Origin: Chrysomallon squamiferum | Lineage: Eukaryota > Animalia > Mollusca | DNA length: 64,000 bases | Direction of reading: 5' to 3' | Assembly (NCBI GenBank): GCA_012295275.1 | Contig: CM022665.1 | Span: 38,998,001 to 39,062,000 of the forward strand | Shown here: positions 37,696-51,438 of the stretch, piece by piece | How positions within the stretch are numbered: position 1 is the first letter of the stretch | How the letters are laid out: each line of letters opens with the position of its first letter | Notes under the pieces: model-generated | The model's input: only the letters and a program-made list of their open reading frames with translations | What the model was told of the DNA's origin: nothing | The model's database searches: none | Made by a program: the position numbers and the translations under genes

Positions 37696-40486
37696 TCATT
37701 CAAAAGGGTTTTTTGTAGTCTTCTGTGCATCTGCAATTTCTTGGTAATAGTTATCGTCTGCTGTCTGCGTCGAGACCTCGTGTACAATAACACGCACAGA
37801 GGGTGTGGATGTTTGCACATAGCGAGTTTCCTCCCTTGTATATATGACAGAGGACTGGAATGTTTTTAGAATGTACAACATACCAAGAACAATGAGGAAA
37901 AAACCTGAAATGAGAAAAAAATAATTTCTTTAATTTTTGTTTTAAATGATACAATAGTTTTACTCTGAATAAATAACAGATTTATTACTATGAAGATGGT
38001 ATCAATATTTTGTAATGTAAGAGACAATGCTGTTACGATAACTTATGGTGTTGGCTGGTGTCACTAATTATTTCAAGAGAGATAACTCCATTTGCAAAAA
38101 TGATAATATCCTTAACACCTCCAGCCCTTGTGCATTTCTGATTACTCACCACTATTTCTAGAATATTTTTTTTTTACATTAATAATTACTTACCACTTAC
38201 AATACATTCTACATATTTACAAAATTACTCAGTACTAACAGTTCTTAGAATATGATTTATAGATTTTTGATTACTCAGCACAGTCTAGGATATATTTTAC
38301 ATAATTCTGTTTGCTCATCATTAACAATTCCTAAAATATTTACTTTTAATAAATTTGTTAGCTCAACACACTTTTTAGAATAGTTTGTATGATTCTGTTT
38401 ATTTACCACCGACAATTTCTAGAATCATTCTTATAGATTTAAAATTACCACTTACAATTCACATATCTTATATTTTCTAGAATCCACCTCTTACTGTTCC
38501 TAGAATACACTCATTTATAATTACTCACAGTAACAAAATGTTTAGAAAACTTATGTTTACTTACCACTAACATTTCCTGGCAGGCACTTTACATGTTTAT
38601 GATTACTTGGCACACAAAAATTCCTAAAAAGTATTTTACATAGTTCCGATTACTTACCGCTAACAATTCCAAGAATAATCCTCATGCTGGCCATGAAGAC
38701 AGGGATGGAAATCAAAATGTACAGGATTCCTTTCTTCCAGTTGTCCAGCCACCCGAGAATCAGAAAACATCTGCAGCAACATCCAGTTGGACTGAAAATG
38801 AAAAACAATGTCTTCTTAGGTAAGTGGGTATCTCAAACTACTGACTTGTTAGATACATGTAAGTATATATGCTTTTATGCATGGATGGATGGATGGATGG
38901 ATGGGTGGGTGGATAGATTACATTGTATAAATTATATGCATGTAGGTATGTAGGTAGGCATGATGTGTTTGTGCATGGATCAACAGATGAAAGGACTGTA
39001 TGTATGTTGGTAGGTAGATGGGTGTATGTAGTATACATGTATATAGTATGTTGGAGATAAGTAAATCTATACATGTGCTGTTTTGCTTACTTGCAGCAGT
39101 CAGATAAAATGATAATCCAGATAAGCTCAAGAAGTACCACCAGGATCCCCACAGCTCTTCAATAAGAAGAAATGAAAATATATAGAAACACCAAAATTGT
39201 AAATTTAAAAAAAAATTAACATACATTTATCATGGAAAATATTTTCTGAGTTTCTGTCATTTCTTTAATCAAATGTAAATTTACTAAGATTATATCTGAA
39301 AATTTATCAGTTTAAGTAAACTGTGATAAAACATTTCAGGAAGAAGTAACTTTAAATTAATTTTTTTATTTTTGTTTTTCATTTTTTTAAACATAAATAT
39401 ATGAATAGACAAATAACCAATGTCCTTTTTTTTTTCTTCACAATTTATATATATGAAATACCTGAGAAGTAATTTGTTTTAATTTGATGAATGTATACAT
39501 CTTCAAAGTATCTCAACATTAAGTTTAAATCACTGGATATTACCTTATTCATTTTGGTTATTACTTTAATTTTCGAATTATGATAAAGGAATTCCTTTAT
39601 CATTGTATTACTTTTTTCAGCTAGTGGCAAAGGACCTTTTACACACACTTTATGAAAGACAGTAAACATATGATACACTACTTTCTCTACACAAAATATA
39701 CCACTGAGGTTTGATCTTGTAGCCATTTACTTCTCATTCTAGATATACATCTGTCTTCAGCTGGCCAAAAAAACATTCACCACAGGCTATTGTATATCTG
39801 CCTCATCTAAAAAGGATTGAGAAAAAAAAAACACACACAAAAAAAAACCCAACTACAAACACCTAGAAGGATCCCACAAAAATAAAGACCCATGTTCTTC
39901 CATAAAAGTAATTCTAACAATCAGAAATATTTCCTATCTGCATATTTAGACATGAAGATAAATACAATGCATTAAATTTGATTGATAAGCTGAAAAATGA
40001 ACTCTGCTCAAGAATATAGATACATCGGCTAGTTAAAATAATACTCACACTAAGTACCATCCAACATAGGTTTCGCCATGGTTGTTCTTTATCACCACAA
40101 CAGCAGCTATCCATACCACTAAAGGAGAAAGGAAATTGCCATTTGATAAAAATTTGGGGTAAAGAATATGCTGAAAGATAAAAGAAAGTTGTAGCTGAAT
40201 TGATTAAAAAAAATATATAATAAAATAAAATCAATGGGTTTAAGATGAGATCAAAGACAAGTAAGCATGAGTTTAAATTACAAAGAACAATAACAACAGT
40301 AACACCAATAAAAATCATAATAACACTCATAACACCAGTAGCAATAATAACAATAGCAATAACAATGGCAATAATAAAAATCATCACAATGACCACAACT
40401 ACAACAGTAATAATGAAAAGTAAGTGGTGATTCAGCTGTTTTAGGCAGCAAGATGGCACTGGTAACTGAATATGTGTAAGGCCCTA

Positions 40487-40523
<37 letters not shown>

Positions 40524-40567
40524 GTCATAGCCATAGTCATAGTCATAACAATAATAACAATAACCAA

Positions 40568-40601
<34 letters not shown>

Positions 40602-41330
40602 GTCGTCATAGTTGTCATAGTCATGTTACATTGATAACATAAACAACATTAATAATAATGAGTAATAACAAGAAAAATAATGTTTTTACAAATGACAAAT
40701 AATAATATTAAACAACAAGATATGTATGATTGTAGTAATACTACATCTTTACAGCTGTAGTAATGGTATTAGTACTCATAATAACAGTAATTTCTACAGC
40801 ACACCTATTTGAGAAGTAGAGTAGTAGAAATATCATGCAATTGTATCTGTTGACATTTATTATGTCATTATGTTTTTAAAATATGCATATATTAAATATA
40901 TTTTATCAATAGAACATATTAAACTAGCAGAAAGCATTAAAAGTATTTTAATATTCAAATTTTATGTAAAAACATAATACATTACTGTTACATACTCTGA
41001 ATACCAATTTTAAGTACACTTTTTGTTGACACTGAATATTTATGAAAGTAACAGCTATATTAATATTAACATAAAAACAATAAAATCATAACAGAAACAA
41101 CAACAACAATAATAATAATAACAATAACAATAATAATAATAATGATACTGGAAAAGTTAATAATATTTTTAAGTGCAATTCAAAGACAATATTTAGATAT
41201 TTGTACGCAGATTTATTCAACCACTTCTTTTCACCATCTTTGAGGTTGCTTCATGATCCCCTCCTCCCAGATCTTGACATCTTTCTAGGTGATGTACTGG
41301 TCTAAATGTTGCCAACTTTTGTTCCAACCC

Positions 41331-41376
<46 letters not shown>

Positions 41377-41931
41377 GCAACAACAACAATAATGAACATC
41401 CACACTGATCTGAAAGAGGGTTCATAGTAGATTATTTTAGGAGCAGATTAAATAAGTGTTAATTATTTGTTTTGTTCTGCATAAACATCCATGTCTTTCC
41501 ACTTGACATAAAATATTTCATCATGTATTAAGTTTCCATTGGAACCAGAGAGAACTGCTTTTAGGCTCATCAGACTGGTTATAAAAATAACCCTTTAGAA
41601 GATTTTCCATGTTTTCCATTAGCAAAAAAAAAAAAAAAAAAATCTCTCTCTCATTGAAAAGAAGTCAGAAAATAAATTTATATCTGTTCATATTTATTTA
41701 ACTTTAACTTTGATTATAAATGTCAATTAAATATGTTCAAACAGCTATTAACACTGAAAAGCATTGATAATTAGGTAGATTACAATAACACAAACACATG
41801 AAACGTGGACACAGATTAACAGTGTTGAAATGTAACAGTGCTCATGATAAAATACATCTTTACACACATCTGTACACAGTTTACAGATTTATGTTACATT
41901 CAAACATATACATCATACATATATATATACA

Positions 41932-41965
<34 letters not shown>

Positions 41966-42115
41966 TATATGTATATATACACTTATTTACAAACATTCAT
42001 ATATTATCTCACACACACACACACACATTTGATATTTACCCTCACATACATACATTAAAATTCATAGACTAAACCTACCCACACACATTTATTTATATAG
42101 ACAGATGTAGCTGTC

Positions 42116-42161
<46 letters not shown>

Positions 42162-42289
42162 TGCTTAAAATAGTTAAAATAATTACTTATAATTGTAAGA
42201 AGACCACATGTCCTGCTAATTATGTGAATATTTTTCAGAAAACATGGTGTTCGAGGAGTGCTGTCCTTTTTCAACCTGTCTGTCTCCAT
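37696..42289 (-). CDS. TMEM72/Flower-like four-TM membrane protein, paralogue B (~193 aa)
   Basis: Exons 42187-42289, 40049-40118, 39091-39156, 38658-38791, 37696-37904. Internal exon sizes (70, 66, 134 nt) are identical to paralogue A. Reads METDRLKK...CFLKNIHIISRTCGLLTII...YVGWYLV...LLELIW...CCCRCFLILGWLDNWKKGILYILISIPVF...GFFLIVLGMLYILK...EVSTQT...KNPFE*. A likely 5'UTR exon donor lies at 46383. Confidence 0.75.
38141..38680 (-). repeat. Degenerate ~40-45 bp minisatellite derived from the exon 4/intron 4 junction of TMEM72-like B
   Basis: About 12 units resembling attact(c/t)accactaacaattcctagaata (plus strand). The terminal unit is the real junction (attacttac|cgctaacaattccaagaata). Confidence 0.8.
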
Positions 42290-44559
42290 CTGTAGACAGA
42301 AACAAAATAAAATCCTGCAGTTAATAAAACATTTAAAAGAAATAATCTGTGAAAAATTGTCTTTTATTTAATTCTCAGAATGGCATGTTTGATAATAAAA
42401 ATATTAAATATTCCATATTTTAAAAAAATAATAATAAAAATAGTTAAACTGGATGACATATATTTGCAAATATTATCATGGTATCAGAAAATTTAGGGAT
42501 GTCCAGTTTGATGGATGGTATAATACAATGAAATGTTGATGGGAAAAATTCAAATTCAAATATGTTAAATACAATGGAAAATAAAGTTTAAGAACACCTA
42601 AACATGGTTATTAAATGTTATTAACATTTTCCCTTTTTTTATGTTGAAATTCAAACACACACCAGTTATAATTCCATGAGGTATTTGCATCTACTAACAA
42701 GTACAGATGTTTATATATACACACACAAAACATTATCAGGATATTTTAAGTATAGAATACAAATAACCCAGCTGCAGCATTTAGATCCATAATGAATCAA
42801 AATACAACAGCTAACTTACTGTGAAGAGAAATATTTGTTTTAATACCCACTTGTAACTGTCACTGTTTTGAAACAACTAATCATTGTCCACTAATTTTCA
42901 TTGTAAAGTATATCAGAATGGAAGGCTATCCTTCTAGTTTAGTAAGTATGTCAAAAATACACAAATGTGCAACATATGTTCTAGAATAAATTTAAATATT
43001 CACCAAGTAGTTTCATTACCATTTCTATAAATTAAACTGAACACTTATGTTTGTGGAATCTCAGTAAACAGACCTCGTTTTACAAGTTTCTTTTCTCTGT
43101 GTATGAAAATGATTGTAATTAAATTTAATAAAAGGCCTGAAACAATTACATAATGTCATAACGCACATGAAACAACAGGCAATACAAATAGCTGCATTAA
43201 TCAAAAAACACTGACCTAGAAAATAATGCTGCATAGACTGTTCTAGAAATTTCTGTTTACTGATAATAGATGCATTTAATATTTGCAAGTCAGGTGTTAT
43301 TGCATTAGTTAATAATATTATTGATCACCATAGTAGTAGTGGTAACAATAATAGTAGTAGTGGCAGTAATAATAATATCAGTAGTATAATATAGTAGGAG
43401 TAATATTTGTAGTAGTAGTAGAAGTAGCAGTAGCAGTGACAATATTTAATAAATATCATAGTAGCAGTAGCTGCTGCAGCTGCAGTAACAGTGGTAGATG
43501 CAACAGCAATAATACCAGTAGTTGCAGTAGTAGCAGCAGTTGCAGTAATAGATATTATATCACTAGATTCAAAGCCCTGGTCACAGTAGTATTAGTCATA
43601 CAGACAAGACTATTAATAATATAATTAAAAACAGGATGTCATTTTTGCAAAAACCTGCGAATGTTGGAAAGGTGTTGCACGCTATCATTTTTCATCAGAT
43701 AAAAATTGCATGATTAATATTTGACAAAAGAGAATTACATATGGCTGTTTCTGTACCTTACATGAAAAGACCCTCCATCGTAAGATGTCAGTAATATGAT
43801 TTTGAATGTAATGTTACTAACCTATTTCTACACAGACTTGGAAAATTTCAAATTTAAAAAAAAAAAAAAAAAAATCTTTCAATCTATGGATCTTTCTGTA
43901 AGATCACAATGGATGATGAATTGTATAACTAATATATTTTGTGAAATAAAAATGTAACTAATGTGTTTTCAAAAATGTGTTTTTAAAGATAGTTTTGTAA
44001 TTTATTTTAAAAAAGAAGGAATAAAATCAGTATCTAACATCCTAATATGTATGAAAAGGTTAGAAGACAAAACAAATATACAATTTATATTTCTTAATAG
44101 TGAAAGGCAGGGAAATGTTTTAAACTAGAAAAATTATTAACACCTTTAATTAAAAAGTTCAGAGGATGTTGATTAGTTTTTACCATCATCCACAAGTTAA
44201 CAGATTAAAGTATCGCACCTACCTTAAACAGGATAATTAATATTGTTCACTCTGCAATGTTACTGAAACAGCCGGGTAAATCAATAATTCTGCATTCTTT
44301 ATCATTCTTATGTTTGTGCCTATTAATGTTATTTACTCTAACAATCACATGCTTGTATATATCCCTTTTAAAATAAACAAAACTGTCTTTTATCTTATCA
44401 CAGTGACAAAATGATAAAGTCCTTAAATAGTAAGTTCTGAGAGAGTGGTGTGATCTACTACATAGGTAACAATATTTATTCTGACTGAAATACAACAGAT
44501 AGCAGATACGAAGGTCAGATACTGCAACAGGTGTTCTTCTTAAGCATTATGAATGTGAG

Positions 44560-44643
44560 CTATATATATATATATAATGTACATATATTATACATATACA
44601 CCTATATATACACATACACACACACATGCATATACATACATAC

Positions 44644-44683
<40 letters not shown>

Positions 44684-44925
44684 AATGTATATATATATAT
44701 ATGCATGCATACATACAAAAACACATGTACACACATGCTCACATGCACACATATGCACACACATACACACATGTATGTACACACATGCTCACATGCACAC
44801 ATATGCACACACATACACACATGTATACACACACACACATATGCATACATATACATACATTATACGTGTGTGTGTGTGTGTGTGTGGGTGGGTGTGGATG
44901 GGTGTGGGTGTGTGGGTGTATTCAC
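44560..44925. repeat. Compound (TA)/(CA)/(TG) microsatellite with an internal 50-bp tandem duplication
   Basis: acacatgctcacatgcacacatatgcacacacatacacacatgtat occurs twice (~44731-44826). Source of six spurious overlapping ORFs. Confidence 0.9.
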
Positions 44926-47504
44926 TGCATCCAGTGCCCACCCACACACATCTAATGTACATTAAATTAGCTGTATTAACCTGAAAGATGTTAATATCTT
45001 TATATGCTCCATAGAGATTAAATGATTTATATTATTAAGAACAGGCAGCTTCAGCACACCATTTACTTAAGGATGCTATGAATAAACAGTCTAACAAAAG
45101 TCTCTATTATTTTTCTGTTTGGGCAACCTATCATTGTTCATAACCAAGTATGATCATAAAAAAACAGCAGCTACAAAAGATATAATTGCTGCCATTTTGC
45201 CCTTTCACAATACATGTTGTGTTGTTATTGCAATTACCATGAACTGATGGTTTTCATTTTTCTGACAATACAGATAACACCAAGTACCAGTTTGTCCTGT
45301 ATGAAATGATGTCATAACTACATAAAAACAATAGCAACCAGATAATTTTTGTTTGTTGTTATCCTATATAATAAACTCAGCTTGGTAAGCTTACACCTAA
45401 AATAAATATTTAATAATTCAAAATTATTGGTATTTTGTGCCAGTTTATAAAAAATAATAAATAATTTTCTTAAACTGGTGGGGGTTATTGTGGATTGCTG
45501 CTGTTTTTGGGGTGAGTTGTTCTCGTTTATTGTTTGTTTTTTATTTGTTTTTTATTGTTGTTATGGAAGTTTTTTGTGGAATTTTGGAGCAGCCACAACT
45601 ATATAAAAATACTGATTATATAATTAAATAATGTTTTTTGTTGTTGTTTTTTTTTTTTTTTTTACAGTATTATTTTAATGCCTTCTTTCAACAGACTGAT
45701 TAACATGTTTTTGTGTGTATCTGGCGACAGGTGGCTTTGATCATTGAAAAAGAATAATAATAATTATAAAATGAAATAATAAAATTACAGAAAGACATTC
45801 CTTTCAATTGCAAGTAATTTATTTTTGTACAGTTTGATTATTATTATTATTATCCATTTATATATTTTAAATTTATTTATATTTCTTATTATTTTATTAT
45901 ACACAGAACAAAAGATAAATTATTGGAAATTTGTCTATATTAATCACACACACACACACATTTTAATTGTAAAAATTCGATATTATAAATTGACCTTATG
46001 TACTTTATTTTCGGAACACTTTAGAAAATACGCAGTTTCGACAAGTATTTTAATATATTTTTTTGTAAAGTACAGATTGTCCTGGCAGATATTGTTTACC
46101 TAAACTTCTGATTACAATCGAAGAATTTATTTTTTTAGCGTTACATGATACGCGCTTGCTTCACATAATTAAACACTGTAGTTTATATCGGGTTTTTTAT
46201 TTGGTTAGTGAATAACAACAAATACCTACTCAAATCAGATATGTTACCCGAAATATAAAATAATTTTATTTTATTTAAAAATGAATTAAGTTTGGGTTTT
46301 TTGTTGAACCTGTTATTTTAAAGCAGAACATCTTTTGATTAATGAATCTACTGTAAACGTATAATTAATCGCAATTACTTACCGTACAGTCTTTCTTCCA
46401 CTGTTGTTTTTGATAAAGGCATCGCAAAAACGCAATCCATATTTAACTCTTTCTAGCATTTTCTGCGTACATGCAAACAATAACAAAACAAACATCGTCT
46501 GATTAAACGACGGCATGAATTCCACGTGCAATATAATAAATGCAAACGCTGTAAAATAAAAATAAAAAGCTTTTTTTTTTTTTTTTTTTTTTTGTCTTCT
46601 CAAGATTAGTTTTTTGTTTTGGAAGCGAATGCGTTTGCGATTCAGGGAAAACGGCGATATTATTATTTCAAACTTCTTAATGATTTTTTTCTCATTGGTA
46701 TACTCACTTAATAATAACATTTTAAAGAATTTAAATCGGTCAAACATATTATTATGTTTACCGTTCTCATACATTAGAAAAGCAAAGTGAATACCAGCAA
46801 ATTAAATACAGTCAAGGTCTAGACACACATGTGAATCTCTCTCTCTCTCTCTGTATATATTATCAAATTAAAAAAGATGGGCACGCAGTCACTGTCCGAT
46901 TTTCACTTTTTAACATTTATTAAAGGTATAAAATATATTTGCATATTCACATTTATTTGTTAATGTTTTTTTGTGTTTTTCACTTTTATGTATATATCTA
47001 TCCTATTTTTTATATTTTTTATTTCAGTACTGATGTGTATCTGTTTCTATATCTGTTCTCCATTTTAATATTTGTTCTCAGTGTGCATTATTATCTGTTT
47101 ATACATTTGTTCTGTCTCCATATGTAATGTGTATCTTGGTTTTTTATTCGTTCTTAATGTGTATTGGTTATGTGTTTCTGTTTGTCCATGTTTATCTCTA
47201 TTTTGTAATTGTTGGTCCATGGATATACATTTATATTTTTGTTTATGCGAGTAATGTCAAACAAAAGTATATATATATATATATATATAGCATGCACCTC
47301 TGGCAGTACCAATTCTTGCAGGATGACAAATGCACAGGTCAATTTGAAATTCAATACCCATGAAGAAGGCCTACCGTAGACTGAATGAACATATTGAGAG
47401 AGAGAAAAGAGAAGACTATTGGCATGCCTGTTGACCCCAGAGTTGCCATTTCCCATCTAGTAAGACTGATCCACGACTATGTATGCTTCAGTTGGACCTT
47501 GATC

Positions 47505-47830
47505 TGTGAAAGTTATGAATGACTGTAAACTAATTTATATACTGTGAATACAGTGAATGTTATATGAATGATGAGTTATTGCTATATGCAATTTATTGAA
47601 CGATATATAATTTATATTAGAATTTGAATTTATGTATGTAATGGTGAATGTTATGATTGACAAATTATTGTCACAAGCAATAAATTGAAGGCTAAAGTGG
47701 ATGTTATGACTATAATTTTACCTATGTCAATGTTGAAATGGATGTTATGAATGACTATGATTTTTAGCTATGTGAATGACACATTATTGCCACATGCAAT
47801 AAAATGAACAATGAAGTGATCGAAGTTATT
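47505..47830. repeat. Degenerate tandem repeat
   Basis: Recurring g(t/a)atgttatga(a/c)t and ttattg(c/t)cac(a/t)tgcaataaa motifs. Confidence 0.55.
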
Positions 47831-50800
47831 TATTGAATTAGACTATACCATAATTGCCTGTTGTACTAGGTGATTTCTATATAAATACAATAGCGTCCAG
47901 CAAAGTGGAGAAATGATGGTCAAGGAAAGGAGAACATTTATTAAATACAAAACCACAAATTATTTTCTAAATATTTTAATAATTTTCAATTACAATAAAA
48001 CATTGAAAATAAAACAAGTTATATCATTACAAATAAACATATTTGGAACATCTGTCATGTTGTATAAAGAACAATTTAAATGAATTTAAAGAACAATAAC
48101 TATAAACATATATTTCTTTGTTCAATTAATCATGGATTTCAGTATATACAAATGTTAAATATCACTTACAAATTTAAACATTCCAGTGCAACAAAGCAAA
48201 TATATATTTTTAGCTATTTGTAGTAAGATTTGCATATCTTCAATAAATATGAAAGAAAAAAGATGGAAGTAAAATATGTACAATCACTGGTTAGTCACTG
48301 ATGTGCGTGTTTTTTTTTTTCTTCGTCCTGGGAAATGATAACATCAAACATAAACATTATGTAAATCTTATTTACTGAAAGTAGTGACTAAATTATATAA
48401 AGTTGTTAAACTGCAAATGAATATGTATCGAGGATTTCCAAAAGGAAGGACTTTCAAGATGAAATTAATTTAATTATAAAGATTTAAAAATAACCCCCAC
48501 TGATCTGCAATAAATAAATAAATAAATAAAAATTAAAATGCAGACACTGTTAATAATAATAAGTATTACAAAATACTTCATCAATTTTGCAGGACAGAGG
48601 TTTGCTTAAAATGTCATATCTGTGTGTGTGTGTATATATATATATATACATATAATTCAAATTTAAAAATTAAAAAAATGAATATGCAACACTATCATTA
48701 ACATTTAAAATAAAAAGAAGTATCAGTAACAGTTTAATAAAAAAAAAAAAAAAAAAAAAAAAAAATGTTTTCAAATAAAATTATTTGTCTTGTACTACTT
48801 CCAAAGTTAACACTATTTAAATTTTAGTGATTTAGTTTGAATTCCCATCAAACACTTTTCAGTCTGTGGCCTGCCTCATTCTAATGTGCCAAGGCCTGCC
48901 ATGGGCCACAAAGCCCCAGTTGTGAATGGTTGCTATAAACCGTACCAGGGTATATAGTATTATGCAACGCTGTTTCATTAATTGTGTGTAAGTGCATTAA
49001 AATTGTCAAAGTCTTTAATAAAAATTGCAATTTTATTAAAACCAACAATCAACTGTGAACTACTGAAGTCAATGTGTGACAAGAAAAAACAAATGTAAGA
49101 ATATAATAAATAAAATTAATACAAACTTATTTAAAATATAAATATATAACACAATAAACATGAACTAACATTTAGGACCGACAAAACCATGTAAATGTGA
49201 AGCAAAATATTTAACAACATATATTTTCAACAGACACATAAATAATTCTTTTCCCAAATATGCATTTAATATGCTTATTTCTGGCAAATGCTTTTTATGG
49301 TTACACTAATTCAACAGTCTGGTTTCTTTTCCCCAAGACAGTTTAAATATGTGACTTATTAAATGGTCTTCTGCTCCCCACATAGATTAAATGATCTTCT
49401 CTCTATAATGAAATTTATTCTTAGATGTTATCCCAGGACCTACCACTGCTTTAAAAAAATACTGTAATAACTTTGAGCAATAACATATTAAAGCAGATAT
49501 TAAAGAATATTGTGCAATGATATTAAAAACTGAGTAACAAAACCATTTGAAAATGAGTACATAATGCCCATAGTAATACTTGGCGTTATGTTCATTTTAA
49601 ATTGTTTTTAATGTATATATTTTGTATACATTTTTTTATTTTTTTATTTATAATCGTGATTATTTTTATTATTTACATTTTTTATTTTAATTTATCTTAT
49701 TTTAATTTATTTATTACTTTTGACCCTCAATTTCACAGACCTGTTTTCTAGATATGAACATTTTTCACTTATTGGCAATTCCCTGCTGAAACCTTGTATT
49801 CCAAGTCACCATTATACAATCATGGCAACCATCTCTCAACCCACTTTCCATCAAGGTAAGAGTAAATTTTACGGCTGCACCCACCTAAACCAACGACTTT
49901 CACCCAACCTACCCTATATTTTTCCACTGTACATTTTTCTTTACATATAATGTATGATGTTTGTTTACTTTGTTTTTATGTCTTTATTTTGTTCTTACAT
50001 TATTATATTGCTTATTACATTGCTGTTATGTGTACTAAAGTTTAACATTTCGGTAAATTTTACGGTCAATGTTTACATTAATGATTTCCCAGACTTGCAT
50101 TTTCTGTACCTTTATTAGTCTGTGAAACTGAGAGTCAAGTGTATTATTATTATTATTATCATTATTATTTATTTAGTTTTAATTTTTAATTCTTATTTAT
50201 TTATTTATTTATTTCTGTTGTTTTTTTAAAGAGTTATTGACATTTTTTAACATTAAATTTCTCTATAAATTTTAATATCTTCTTATCATTTCTGTCATTC
50301 AGAAATAGAATATTTAACTGACCATACTCTTATTCCATGAACCATTATAGTAAATTACTATGTCTCATCCACTTTGTAAATTATTAAGTGCAACATATTG
50401 GTTTTGTACCCATTCTTTGTTTTTTGGGGGGGTTTTTTATTTGGTTTTTTTATCATTTACATATAAACCTAAATATTAAAGCCAAACTATTAAATAGCAA
50501 ATAGCATAAACAACAATACAATAAGAAAGAAAGAAAATATAAAAATGATATGAATTTTTTCACAGGGTTTATGATGTTTGTTGCTGCCTCTGATGTTGCT
50601 GGAGTAATGTTGCTAATGTCATTTTTGGCACTTATATTACAGCAATGTCACAATCATTGCACTCAACAAAGAAAAAAGATTCTTATAAACCACATTCTTT
50701 ACAAACCATACATTAATATAATGACTAATAATGTGCATTTAAATGGATTTAATTTATTATACTTAGTGAAATAAAAAATATTATTTTCTTACTTAGCTTG

Positions 50801-51438
50801 TATCATAAGGATCATGCTTTCATAAGCACATTATTAAATCTTGGTAAAACCAATTAATTTTATGGAAAGTAATTCATTAATCTATTATAGGAAATCAATC
50901 TATAAGGTAAAAAAAACAAGAGTTTTTAAACAGATATACATGTAAGCATAAAACTATGTTAAAAGATGTGTATTAAAAACAGATTGCCATACACATACAT
51001 GAAAACTAGCTTCATTTGGTGCTAAAACTTAACAAAATCAAGTAAGTAAATAATCCTATTACCAAAAATAGAAACAATAACTAATTGGTAAATGAATTAA
51101 GATGAAGAAGACGACTAGTTCATTCTGTTCCATTTCCTAGGAATAATCACGTTCAGTTCTTAAATAATAATCTTGCTTTCATTTTGCTTTTAATTTGTAA
51201 ATGCCATACATGAAAAAACACACTGTATAACAGCGGTTTGGTCTCTGTGAAATGTTTAATTCACCTTTACTTTCCAGTGATACTGTCATAATAATCGTTT
51301 GTTATTCTTTGAAAATTCATCAGCTTTACCCTCTGTGAAGAACTTTTTTCTTTCATTTGGAGTGTTATTTCTCTATAGATGGTATCAAAGTCAGTTTTGA
51401 GTACACTGTTGTATGGATGGTGATAATCAAGCCTTCAT

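Noticed and set aside
38141-38680. Repeat-spacer appearance suggesting a CRISPR-like array
   Set aside because: Units are degenerate along their whole length, derive from an exon-intron junction, lie in a eukaryotic intron, and no cas genes are present.
39914-40459. 181-aa hydrophobic ORF, the longest in the track
   Set aside because: Mostly AAT/AAC trinucleotide low-complexity intron. The real 70-nt TMEM72-like exon inside it is in a different frame.
44531-44984. Six overlapping His/Thr/Cys/Val-rich ORFs
   Set aside because: They are translations of (CA)/(TG)/(TA) microsatellites.
47290-47510. GC-richer, coding-looking block after an AG
   Set aside because: Stops occur in all three plus-strand frames and no domain is recognisable. 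It may be a decayed TE, but I cannot support a call.
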